A DNA stretch of 63,995 nt, counting the filler, from Sluysia triapertura (lineage: Eukaryota): assembly GCA_046118255.1 (NCBI GenBank). It is 5 parts of 5 records of this genome, joined end to end, with 100 filler letters (N's around TTAATTAATTAA, not from the genome) between each part and the next. Parts side by side here need not be neighbours in the genome. Positions count along the whole stretch, not along the records: positions 1 to 18,127 come from JBJNIA010175251.1; 4 more parts are not named here. One strand, 5' to 3'. Under the pieces are notes generated by a model. That model was not told the origin of the DNA. It saw only the letters and a program-made list of their open reading frames with translations, and did no database searches. Both the position numbers and the translations under genes were made by a program. Each line of letters begins with the position of its first letter. The stretch's first letter is position 1. This document shows, piece by piece, positions 1 to 12,459 of the stretch.

Positions 1-92
1 TTCTTTCTGTTTCAGAAATATTATGGTGAATGATTTACCTTAAGCGCTTTTGAGTACTTTCGCGGTAGATATGAGCAAAATATAAATTAATA

Positions 93-131
<39 letters not shown>

Positions 132-132
132 T

Positions 133-2285
133 GAAAGGAAATTAGGTACTTTAATTGAACAATTAGGAGGATGGAAAAAAGACAAAGATAAAGAAAAAGA
201 AGAAAAGAATATTTTAAATGAACCGTTTAACACAATACCCAGACTAATTAATAATAAAGGAAATACAAATGGATCATTCCAGAAATTTGGAACTTCAATA
301 AATAATATGCTATTTATAATTGTTTTATTAGCGTTATTTGGAATTAATAAAACTCATACTATAAAAGCTTTTGACTGTAGTCAACCTCAAACTGGAAAAA
401 CGTTCTCTTTATTAGATACCGAGGATTGTTCTGAATCAAGACCGAATCGGGTCAAAATAAAAGATATGAAAATATTAAATGTGTACCAGGAAGGAAATCT
501 AGTTACGACTTTAGTTAGAGAATGATTAGTTAAATGATCTGTGGTTATTTGATATTGTGGGCATCACAGTCATTCTTCAATTATTGATATATCAAATATA
601 TTAAAACATTTTAAAATATAACCAAACAATTGTCGTGATGCATTCGAAACTGGAAATATAAGTTTAAATAAAGGTGATAAATTAAGAACTAAGAATAATG
701 AGAAAATAATTTATAATATTAGAACAGCTGGTAATGTATTAATAGAGGGTACTTGCGAAAGAGGATCAATAGAATATGAAGGAAAAATTTATCATAATGT
801 TGTAGCTCAATAAACATATGTAGTAAGTTTAAAATCTTTTAAAGAAAGTTTTTATTTAGAAAAGAGTATATGATGTCTAGACCTTTTTGCAGGAGTGATC
901 AAACAAGTTGTGACACTGGCTAATCTATATTAATATATGAATTGGAAAAATATCAGTGCCCATTAATATTCTTAAAACAAATTAAGTTTAATCTAATTTC
1001 AGGACTTGTTTATCAAAATGAAGATGTAGAAGAAATAAATAAAAAGCAAATTTATAAGGATAATTTAGATATACCTGAAAGAAAAAGACTTCACGAAATT
1101 GAAACTCCAACAATTTTAATGGCAAATAAAGAAGAAGATGGATTAATATTTGTTTCAAAGAAATTAGTAATTAGATGTGGACAAGAAGTCACAGAAACTA
1201 ACTACCAAGGAATATATTTAGATGCGACAAGAGATCACAGAAAAAAACTATCAAGGCATATACTTCTAAGAAAAGACTATACTTCAAGCCAAAAAAGGAA
1301 CAGATACAAAGAATTTACAATTAAACACGTATTTTAATAATAAAATTGATTTTTATTATCATTTAGGACCTATGTCATTAGAAAAAGTTTATCAGGCTGC
1401 GATAGCGAGGGATTGCCAATTAAATAAAGAAATAGTAAGAACTAAATTAGCTGTAGCGATAACTAACCCAGACTTAGTAGCACCATTACTTCCATTAGAA
1501 GAAGGAGTATTTGATAGGCTAATGGGTGAAGGTCTATACACATACAAATGTAGAAAATTAGAAGTGCAAATACAAGAAATTGAATGTACTAATGAATTTA
1601 CGGCAATATACAAAAATCAAAATACTTATTTAGAACCAGTTACGAGAATCACTATGCCAAATAATAAACTTAAACGAAAAACCTTACACTGTTCAAATAT
1701 AATGACTCCGGAATATAAAATCGATGATAATCTTTGGATATCTTTACCACATCGAAGCAAAGTTAAAACACCGGAAATTATAAGTTTAACAGAATTAAAA
1801 AACAAAATTAAAATTTTCAGCTACAAAAAATATTCCAAGATCAGGAATCTTTTCGAATGAAGATATTTAGGCAGCTTGGCATGAAATCCTATTTCCAATT
1901 AAAAGATCTAAAGTACTTACTGATATATTTGACTGCAATGGTAGAAAAAGATGGCAAAATAAATTTTGAATTATTATTAGGACCTGACCATTTTAAGAAA
2001 GCAGCACACAATACTCGAAAACAAAGTTGGGGAAATTTTCTCGTCATTGGTCAAGCTTTTTCAGGTTTAATAGGAATATATGTAATAATTAAAGTTATTG
2101 CTCTTATAACCTCTCAATTATTTTCGGTAGTATGTATTTGTAAAATATCAGGTTTTACATGGAAGTTAATAATCAGTTGCTTTCCATTTTTAGCTAAGTT
2201 CCTGTTACATCATCACACAGATGCTCTATTAAACGCTTTAAAGAAAGAGAAAAACAAGCTGAAGAAATCGCATTACAAAAAATAG
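133..2285 (+). pseudogene. env: Degenerate envelope glycoprotein, chuvirus/herpes gB-like class III fusogen type, of an LTR retroelement
   Basis: Signal peptide MLFIIVLLALFG at 307, then AFDCSQPQTGKTFSLLDTEDC; reading through stops gives E*LVK*SVVI*YCGHHSHSS (YCGHHSH 553-573); Cys-rich ectodomain fragments at 942-1337 and 1372-1860 (GEGLYTYKC, YLEPVTRI); C-terminal TM WGNFLVIGQAFSGLIGIYVIIKVI in 1857-2285. The frame is open upstream to at least 133. Many stops and frameshifts. Confidence 0.8.
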
Positions 2286-2369
2286 ATATCGAACCAGTCA
2301 ACGAAGAAAAACAAATATTATATCCACAAAGAAACTTAGTTTAGATGATTTGTGCTAATAATAATTATA

Positions 2370-5300
2370 ATAGTACGCGAAGACCTATGGTAGACATGAG
2401 AGCTAATGGTAGAATGTTATCTGCATTAGTTGATACAAGAGCAGTTGCTTCATTAATAAGCGAATCATTATTAACCACTAAGGAATTAAATAATTTAGCT
2501 AAGCAGCATTCATAACTAACATGAGTAACAGGTGATGAAACTGATATACTAGGAGTAGTAAAAATATTATACGAAATCAGACAAAACAAAATTGAAATAA
2601 AATGCAGAGTAATGAGGAAATGTCCGGAAGACATGATATTAGGTATGATGTGCTATCACAATTAAAAGGAGTTTCATTAGATTTTAGTAAAGCAAGGTTA
2701 ATGGACACATACATAGAAAGACCAATTGATGACAATGATGCTATATTAGAAGAACCACGTTGGTTATTAAAAAGAACATAATGCATAATTCCAAGAAAAA
2801 CAAATAGTTTAAGAAATGGTCCAATAATGTTTGTAGCTTCAAAAAATATCCGAGAGAAATTATATATAGGAATTGCTGATTCAATATGTAGAATTAATGA
2901 TGGGAATATTCCAATAAAAATAATAAATTATACATACCAAACAAATGGCTATGTGCAGGTACTAAACTAGGAGAAATAGTTAACTATAAATTGCAAACAC
3001 AAATAAATATGGTGTCAGATGATAAATCAAGAAATAAAAACATAAGTCTACAAATAAACATTGAAGATGAAGAAGAAATACAAATAAAGAATAAGAATTT
3101 AACTAAACAACAAAAAGAAACGTTATATAAAGTTATCTAAAGATATCCATGGGCAATTGCACGAAACAAATAAGATATTGAAGATTCCGTTAATAGAAGA
3201 TAAAGTAATTAGGAAGAAACCCTACACAATTCCATTGTGCAACAAACAGGAGATGAAATATCAAATAGATACAATGAAAAAGGCTGGAGTAATTAGACAA
3301 AGATTTTCTCAATTTTCATCACCAGTATTATTAGTTAAGAAAAAAGATGGGACTATGAGATTTTGTATTGACTTCACAGAATTAAATAAAATTATAAGAA
3401 AAGATGTGTTTCCGTTACCAAGAATTGATGAAATGTTAGATAAATTGGGAAACGCTAAATATTTTACTACATTAGATCTTCAGAGTGGTTATTAGCAAAT
3501 AGAAGTAGCTGAAAAAGATAAACATAAAACAGCATTTTCATCTGGAGACGAACTTTATGAATGTGAAAAGATGCCATTTGGATTAACAGGTGCACCGGCG
3601 ACATTCCAAGGATCTATGAATTTTCGTACTGTCCGGTTGTAAGAATGTTATGGTTTACATTGATGATATAATAATATTTTCAAAAGATTTTGACACTAAT
3701 GTAGTAGATATTGATAACACACTATAAAAATTAGAAGTAGCAAGACTAAAGATTAAACCGACTAAATGCGTATAGGCAGAGACAAGTTGATTTTTAAGTT
3801 ACATAGTTTCGCACAAAGGTATAAAACCAAATCCAAGAAATATAGAAAAAGTTGTGAAATTTCCATCACCAGATAATGTGAAGAAAGTTCAAAGTTTTTA
3901 GGATTACCAAAATATTATAGAAAATTCGTAAAAGATTTTGCGAAAATAGCCAAACCTTTAAGAATGTTAACACAGAAGAATGTAACATTTAAGTGGACTG
4001 AGAAACAAACAAAAGCATTCATTGAATCAAAGAAAAGATTAACAACCGCACCAATATTAATGTTCCCAGATATGAGCAAACCATTTATACTAACAACAGA
4101 TGCTAGCAACTTTGCAATAAGAGCAATCCTGGAACAGAGAAATAAAGAAAATTTAGAAGATGTTATAGCTTATGTAAGTAGGAGATTAAATAAAGCGGAA
4201 TTAAAGTATTCTACAATAGAAAAAATAATGTTTAGCAATTGTATACGCTTGTAAAATATTTCGACATTATCTACTAGGACAGAAAGTATTATTACATACA
4301 GATCATAAGCCATTAACATATCTATACAACCACAGAGATTAAATAGATTAAATATATGGTTTACAAAGCTAGCAGAATTTGATTTACAAACCAGGGTCAA
4401 TGAACAATGGTGCTGATTGTATGTCAAGGTTAACAAATACATATGAACAAGGAAATGTGAATTTTATACAAATAATGTCAATTTCGGGAAAAGCTGAAGA
4501 ACCAAAAGAAATAATGAAACATCAAAGAGAAGATGAGGAAATGTCATGTGCATTCGAAGCAATAGAAAAACGAAGACCAAAGTTATCAATAACAGATGGC
4601 ATATTACGTTTTAGAGATTCAAAAGATGAATGGAAAACAATTGTACCGAAATCTTTAATAACACCACTGTTAATTCAATATCATGACGGACAATTAAGTG
4701 GGCATTTATCAACAAGGAAAACATTATCAAGAATTAAAAATAAATATTAGTGGGATAGCATGGAAGAGGTTATTAAGAAATGATGCAAGAACTGTATTAT
4801 ATGTTGTAGAAGAAAAAATACTGGAGTGAAAACAAAAGTACCATTAAGACCTATGCCAGTACCACTATCTCCAATGGGACCATTGCCAGAAACAATAAAT
4901 GGAAATAAGTACATATTAGTATTCGCAGATTATTTGACAAAATTGCCAGAAGCAAAAAGCGGAAACAGTAGCTCAAATTCTAGTATAAAAAATAATATAT
5001 AGATATGGAACTCCAAGAAAATTATTAACAGATCAAGGAACCAATTTTACTAGTGATGTGATAAAATCTGTTGCAAAAATATTGAATATTTTAAAAATAT
5101 ATACATCACCATATAATCCACAGACAGATGGATTAGTAGAAAGGTTTAATAGAACATTAATAAATATGTTAAAATTATATGTAAATGTGAGACAGAAAGA
5201 TTGGGAATTATATATATCACCATGTTTATTCGCATATTTAAGCTCACCGCATTATATCTTATGTACGGTAGACATTCAAACATGCCAGTAGATTTAGATC

Positions 5301-5673
5301 GGTTACCACCTTCATCACAATATATGGAAACTCCAGAAAATTTACAAGATGCTTGGAAACGCGCTGGTTTACAACGCGTTACACCCAAGAAACTTATAAA
5401 GATACTTATGATAAAAAGGAAAATGAACATAATTTCATGGTAGGAGACAAAGTATTAGTAGATTATCCAATAAAAATCAGGATATTCTCCAAAATTACAT
5501 AAACCATTTAAAGGACCTTATGAAGTAATGAAAACAACTTCTACTAATTTATACATAAAGAAACCTAATGATATGAATGCAGAAACGTTTGTGGTGCATG
5601 TAAACCGATGTAAATTAGTACCTAATGATAAATATATTTTAAGAGATAGAAAAGTGCTACAAAAAGTGTATTA
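2370..5673 (+). mobile_element. pol: Degenerate Ty3/Gypsy pol (protease-RT-RNase H-integrase)
   Basis: Protease ALVDTR (2432, mutated DTG); RT SPVLLVKKKDGTMRFCIDF, LDLQSGY, MPFGL, YIDD at 3656-3667; RNase H LTTDAS; integrase H-x6-H and C-x2-C, LTDQGTNF, PQTDGLVERFNRTL; GPY/F motif FKGPY near 5510. PR-RT-RH-IN order is Gypsy-type. Confidence 0.95.
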
Positions 5674-5799
5674 AAAGTTAAACCGAGAATTAAGGACAGA
5701 GACAAACCATCTAAATCACTAAGTATATCATCTAAACCATAAGCACAGATGTAACAAATAATAAAGTGATAAGCACAATAAATATGATAAGTACAATAT

Positions 5800-6202
5800 A
5801 CAAAATCATTTAGTTCAGAGTATTAAATTCAATCAAAGATAGGTACGAGCAGTCACAGATACAGGCTCGAATAATACTATTATCAATTATAATGTATTAA
5901 ATGCCTTAGAAGTTAATATGTTGCAACAAACGGGAATACGATTATTTGCAGTAGATAGCTCGCATATTCTATTTAATGGCATATTGCAATGTCAATTAAC
6001 AATATTAGATGTAGATTTATTTGTAACAATACTAGCTTGGGAAAGATGTCCATATGATGTTATATTAGGAATGGATGTATTAAACAAATTAGAAAATGTA
6101 GTAATACATGGAAGATTAGGATTTCTTAAAATACCTTTAGGTACACATGTAGTATTACCACAATTAGTTTTACCTCCAATGTCAAGAGCAGTGCAGCCAT
6201 GA
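5800..6202 (+). pseudogene. Second retropepsin-like aspartic protease downstream of integrase
   Basis: In frame with ORF 5918-6202: VRAVTDTGSNNTII (DTG 5858-5866) and YDVILGMDVL; in-frame TAG at 5840-5842. Confidence 0.8.
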
Positions 6203-6262
6203 CCACAAAATTATCAAATTATTTCATTAAATCCAATTATACCACCATCACCAACTCCAAAT

Positions 6263-7527
6263 TTGGAAAATCTTGATTGGTGGGACACCAGAGTTTCTTC
6301 GACTTCAGGTTTAGGAACATGTAATAATAATGACAATAGTACTAACAATAGTAGTAATAGTAATAGCAGCATAATGTTTATAAGAGGAATTCCAAATAAT
6401 AGATTTCATTATATAATAACTTTCATATTATTGTTATTTCATTTAACAACCATGATATCGCAATATCCAGCAAACTTAACAAGTTATACCGATACTAAAC
6501 AAGCAATTTTTCTAACAAAGATTTTGGACAGTTGAAATAGGCGAGAGAAATGAAATACCTAATTACAATTTAGAAATTTATTGCATACATTGGAAACCAT
6601 CATTAATAAAGAAACCTTTGTTAATAGATGATATTTATCAATGAGAACACTCAATCTATTTTACTGCAATAATAGGATTTTCGTTTTATGATAGTAAATT
6701 GATAACATTTAATTTTACAGATATACTTAATGAACAGTGTTATAAGGAAACTTAAATAGCACCTACAACAGTAACAAGCAATTTGGAAAGTTCAACAAAT
6801 AAAGAAATAAGTATGGAAATAAGTACGAATACAATAATGAAAAAGAACGAAGATAGTACAAAGAATTTCTTTATATTGGCACTTTTAATTTTTACCATAA
6901 TATACATACTATTTACTATTTATTATATTCTTACTTGTAACAGAATCTTAAGAACTAATAATATTCGACGAGACATAATGTTACTTATTATATTATCATT
7001 AGTATCAATTGCAAACGGATCACAAAGAGTATATAGATCAAAATATTTTGATTTCTACAACTATGATACAGAAGCCCAAATTAAAATGACCAGTACAAAT
7101 AAAAAAGCGCAATATATATGTATTAATCCAGCAACACTAAACTTTAGTTTATGGGAAATCCATCAGCTTGCAAAACCTCATACGGAATACTCCGTTACAA
7201 TTTGTAAGGGTTTTTTTGCTTTCCAAAGATAGGCACATGGTAATATTTATAAAAAGGCAAGCCAAAATCATTAAACAACCTCATTATGCAATACAAGGTA
7301 ACTGAAAAGAATTAACAATTATGAAATCATTACGAAAGGATCCATCATTGGCAACTCTAGTAATAGCAGCAACTTTATTTATTATTGATTTAATTATAAC
7401 CTTATTAATGATCATGTTCTTTATAATGAATAAATGCAGATATTTAAATTTTTCACCCAGTAACGACGACGATATTCATTATTCAGAACCAAGAATCATG
7501 TCAAAGTGTATTTTGTATATTTTGTAG
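6263..7527 (+). pseudogene. Fragmented accessory ORF(s) with several hydrophobic TM or signal segments, probably part of the retroelement
   Basis: ORFs 6263-6535, 6783-7232 and 7321-7527 each have hydrophobic runs; same strand and A-rich composition as pol. Confidence 0.45.
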
Positions 7528-7975
7528 TTTATAATTTATAATTTGTATGATATTTCCTTTTATGGTTATAAATAATTATTTTTATTTTAATAAATTTCAA
7601 ATAAAATAAATTGTAAGTTAAAATGAAATTTAAATTTTAAAAATATAAATTCTAAAATTTCAAATATTTCAAAGAATTACTTTATTAAAATTTTAAAATG
7701 CGAATTTTAATATTTTAGTATTTTCTATTTATTTACAATAAAATAAAATTTAAAAAATAAATTAAAAAATAAAATTTTGTTTAAATAAATTAAAATTAAA
7801 TTATTTCTTTATTTTTCTTTAAATGAATCAATTTAATAAATAGAAGACATCTTCCAATATGGAGTTAATCAATTTTATATAAGCTTTTAACATAAATTTT
7901 TAGACAATTTTTATAAAGTTCTTTCGGTGAAAATTTCAGATGATAAATATTCCATGCTTTCCAAGTAATTTTTTA

Positions 7976-8776
7976 TTGTTAGGGTTTGCCTATTGATCTT
8001 AATAAGGGAATAGTAAAATATACTAAAAATCATTTTTATTTTGATGCAAGACCTTAATAGGGGTTGCGAAACTTATTTTAAAATCTTCTAAAACTGCCAA
8101 ACGAGGTTGAATAGTTAACTAAGTTATTATCGTTATTATAGTTTTAATCTTTGTACGAAGTTTAATTAGTTTTTTTGTTGATAATATACTTAATCGATAA
8201 TGTTCTTAATTGATAATGTTCTTAATCAATAGTGCGATAAACTTATAAAATCATTTTTGTTAAGCAACACCTTAATACGGGTTGCTTAATTATAAAATCT
8301 GTAATTTTAATTAAACAACACCTCACAATTGGTTGAAGAGTTACAAACGATTAATCAGCCGTAAGTCATAAGTAAGAAACTATTCTAAAGTTGATTAAGT
8401 TAAGTTATAGAAAACCCTAATAGTACGTCTCCAATAGTAGTATAAATCGTATATATTAGACGAACCGACTCCTTGGATATTCCATAAGTAAAATTCAGTT
8501 TTTAAGAGAAACACTTGTAATCAGTTCATCAGTGGATAACGGTGAAACGAAGTTATTTCTTTAAAAATCAGCTAAAGTAAAATAGTTTAGTATAAAGTAG
8601 GAATAAAGGTTAGTAACATGATCGTATTTTGTATTAATACGGGCGTCAAAATTTATCTTAGATAAGTTGTGTCACCCATGCTTGCGATTCATCATTAAAG
8701 AATAATTTATATTATTATAAAGAATAATATGTACTGTTGATGTTAGAAAGAATATTTTAGTTGTAATCTTGTGACA
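7976..8776. repeat. Repeat region, possibly the 3' LTR/UTR, with ~220-bp diverged direct repeats and a segment shared with 18865-18990
   Basis: gcaagaccttaataggggttgc (8046) vs gcaacaccttaatacgggttgc (8264); 26-nt identity between 8523-8548 and 18896-18921. No clear PPT or TSD found. Confidence 0.4.
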
Positions 8777-9259
8777 ATATAAAGAATATATCAAGATTTT
8801 GAATTTATTTAGATATTTAGTTTTAATTGATAATTTTTAAAATAAAAAGCACAAAAGACACATCAAAACATAAAGTAAAATTAATTAAGAAATATAAATT
8901 ATAAATTAGACTTCATTAACAAAATCCTAAACAATGAAGATTAATAAATTAATTAGACAAAAATTGCTTTTGTCAAATTTACTATTTTTAGTATTATTGT
9001 AAAATGCATCTGTTATTGTTATGACTGTTGGAGCATAGCTTTACCACCGATTATCTTTAGTTATAGTATTTTTTTGAAATTCAATGTCTAAATTTTAATA
9101 AGATCAGATTTTAGTCGACGTGTAAAAATTCAGGGAATCTTGTAAATTATTATATGAAATCAAATGAAATTGCATATTATTAATGTAAAATTTAAAGAAT
9201 GATTTTAATTTGTCTGATGCTTAAGTTAAGGTATATATAAATTAATAGTTAGTAATTCT

Positions 9260-11131
9260 TCAACCTGGACCAGCACAGCATTGTTCACTTGTTTCCTCTC
9301 TTTAATGTTTCTTATGAATATTTAAATTTTTATCATGTGACCATTCCGAGTATTTTTTGTAAGTTTCAACAGAAAATGCTCTCCACTTCAAATATTTTTA
9401 TCAAATCTAATGGAAACATGATTAAAAAGTAAACAAATGAAATAAATTTAAATAATTTTTTAACCCACATAGGTTTCTGTAAATGCAATAATAATAAATA
9501 ATATCTTTGGAAACTTTATTATTTTGTGTTGTAATATTAGCTTAAAGATTTTAAAAATTTGAAATGTTAACTTGTAGATTTTTGTATCTTTAACAAGATA
9601 TGTTCCTAATGATTCAGTATCGTAGAGACAAAATCGAGTTGTTTTTGATAAGGAGTTTATGTTAGACTTCAGATTTTTAGGTTCGGATCTAGTAAGTAAA
9701 TCAATTATGATAATAGTAAAATTCTGTACAAGGATCTGACGGATGACGAAGTGAGATGTTAGGTTATGAGTCGTGTTTACTGTTACGTATGTACATTTAC
9801 ATATAGGTATAGTTTGATCTTTTAAGTTATCAAAAGACATTGACTTACGTTACGAACTGGTTTTTGTCGTAATAATACGAAATTCTTTTTTAAGAAATAA
9901 TAGATTTAATTTTAGCGTTTTAATTTCTAAAATAAATATAAAAATTCTAAGTACAATACATTTATTATATGAAATGGGAATTTTAAATTTTGACAAAGTT
10001 TTCTCTTATTAAATCTTTGTCCAACACTACGACCAGTTGCTCTCCATTGATCCATTCTTTAATTTGATTGACTAAAATATAAATCAAAAAGGTTATAGAA
10101 CAAAACTTACATACAACATCTTACCTCAAAAAGTATTGTTCATTAATTTGCATAAATTCACTGTGCTCATCAATTTAGTGTTAATGATGTTGTCAACTGT
10201 TGACGTTGTAGTGTTGTGTTGAACTCATTAATTCGTAGTAGAATAAACTTGTAATGATAGATCTTAAAACCATTCGTAGCATTAATTTTTGATATTGAAC
10301 TAAAGCGATGTACTGCTGTGTCTAGGAACAATTCGATTAAATTTTTTCGCATTATAGTGCTGGCCTTTGGTCGGCTTGACAGATGATAACCAATTAGTTC
10401 ATGTTTATACTCCTTTGATATATTGTGTAGGTTACTCATGGTCCGTATACTTCTGGCTAAATCTTTATTGTCATAATTATCCAATTCGTCTTCGAGTACT
10501 CTCTCAATAACTAACTGCTCATTCAGGATTTGGGATATTTGATAAACTTTTCGTTGAACTAGTTCAATGATTAAAATTTTTTGCCGTGGTTTGATTATTA
10601 ATAGAAAATTTTTTGAAAATAGCATCGTATACGTGTCAGTAAGGCAAGCTGATTTTGTCAGATTTACACTATTAACTAAGTCGATTAAACCTTTTGAACT
10701 TGGTTTATTGGATCCACTATTCCCATTATTATTCATTTCTGGTGCTGCATTATAACTTGTAATTTTAACTTCATCATAAACATTTGTTCTAATTGTTTCG
10801 TAGAAGGGATTATCTTCATTCTTTAGAGTACTACAAGAATCACATTGATTATGTTCGAAGACATTAGAAAGGGTAATTAATGGATGGTAGCTTTATTGTC
10901 ATTAAGAAAAGATAATACACCATAAACATTTGAAATTTGCTTTGTTTTTTGCTTTCGATCTAAATAGAATTCATTAAACTCGTTAAAATCTTTCATAAAT
11001 TTATTTGCCAACAAATTACTACTTGGTTTTAGAATATCATTATCAAGAGTAGTACATTTTACTAAAGTTTGGACATAAGATGATTCCATAGAATTTTTAA
11101 TAACTGGTCGATTCGGAGAAGTTTTTGCCAT
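9260..11131 (-). pseudogene. Disrupted spliced host-like gene, tentatively RhoGEF (DH-PH)-like
   Basis: ORF pieces 10877-11131 and 10170-10736; RQKILIIELVQRKVYQ and KIYHYKFILLRI resemble DH start and end helices; GTAAG donors near 10123 and 9848; exon SIKLKEWINGEQLVVVLDKDLIRENFVKI resembles a PH-domain start. Frameshifted. Confidence 0.35.
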
Positions 11132-11299
11132 GATTTAATGTGAATGAATATTCGGCGTCAAAAATTACACATGAAAAACAATTCTATTTGACTGTAAAAT
11201 GGTCTTTTTTATTAGCAAAACAAATAAATTGTCACACTTTGTATAATATTGTTTAAGAAAGAAAGTATTCACTGTAATTTTTATTAACTAATATAAAAT

Positions 11300-11557
11300 T
11301 GTCCATTTTACCCAATCAGAGTCTCGGAAAGAATATTTAATAGTATGAACTCTGATTGGGTAGTGTGTACAAACTATAGACATAAATTGAAGTTTGACAT
11401 AGACATAAATTGATGATTGACCATCATCAGTGTTGGCACTTTAATGAAAAATGTAACGTATAGTGTCAACACTTGTGATGGTAGCAACCAGGTTGATCGT
11501 CATTTAAATGAGTTTAAAGTAAATTATATTTTGTGAAAATAAAATAATTTAACGTTT

Positions 11558-11608
<51 letters not shown>

Positions 11609-12450
11609 CTTTCTTGACAATCCTTAAAAACATTATCTTTTCTTTCTATGTCTTAATTTCTTACATATTAAAATAAGATAACAAATAAAACTATTGGAAT
11701 TATGTGAAGGAGCAACGGTAACGTGTTATATGGTGTTTAGGTTATCGTTGCTGCCTTCACCAAAGAAATGAATTCTTTAATGCTCTATTAAATTTATTTT
11801 TTGAAAATGAAAGAATGATTTGAGCTGCAAGTAAAATAAAGAATGCTAGAATAAACTCTTGAGATTCATTCAAGGTTTATAATTGAAAATATGGTTTATG
11901 CACTGAATGTAATGGTTTAAAATGCTTGTTAATAGGTTATAGTTTATTTGATTTAAAAGACAATTACAAAATAAATCTTAGCGTATTTACAATGTTATTG
12001 AAGAATGTTAATAATGATTATGTGTAGAGGCAATGGGTTTAAATTAGTTTGACTGATTCGTGATTGTAGTGTAAATGTTTTCTATGTTTCGGGTACTTGT
12101 TTGTAATTTAAATATTATGTGTTATGATTGTAATTTGGTTTAAGAGAATGACTATTGAGTGAACGTTATGGATTGCTTTTCGTGTTAATTATCGAAGTAG
12201 AGTGTGAGATGAATGATTGAGAGTATTCGACGAGTTGTTTTTAAGAAGTGTATATTGTTGAATTAATATGAATGTCGAATGTTGTTTTTGATGCATCGGT
12301 TAATGTATTGGATAGTATGAAATGTGATTGATTTAGAAGTTATGTTGTTTTGTAAACTGATTGTTGTGGTTTGAATATGTTAAGTCTGATTAATATTTAA
12401 AATTGTAGGATTTTTAGAAAATTTAGAATTGTGGGTGTTGGCCACTACAA
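11300..12450 (-). repeat. Dispersed non-coding repeat, copy 1 (homologous, inverted, to 19150-20145)
   Basis: Reverse-complement matches: gttggccactacaa/ttgtggtggccaac, tttgagctgc/gcagctcaaa, and 11405-11490 vs 19945-20030; strong GT/CA strand skew. Confidence 0.7.
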
Positions 12451-12459
12451 GATGACTAA

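Noticed and set aside
520-560. TGA recoding (three in-frame TGA codons in env)
   Set aside because: The element also has TAA, TAG and frameshifts, and host genes use TGG for Trp; ordinary decay.
1392-5430. Minus-strand ORFs over env/pol
   Set aside because: Antisense shadows of the plus-strand coding sequence.
8523-8548. Hammerhead ribozyme (CTGATGA on the minus strand)
   Set aside because: GAAA lies on the opposite strand and no stem I/II can be built.
8670-8776. TGTCAC...GTGACA mini-LTR
   Set aside because: Only 107 bp with no TSD or PPT.
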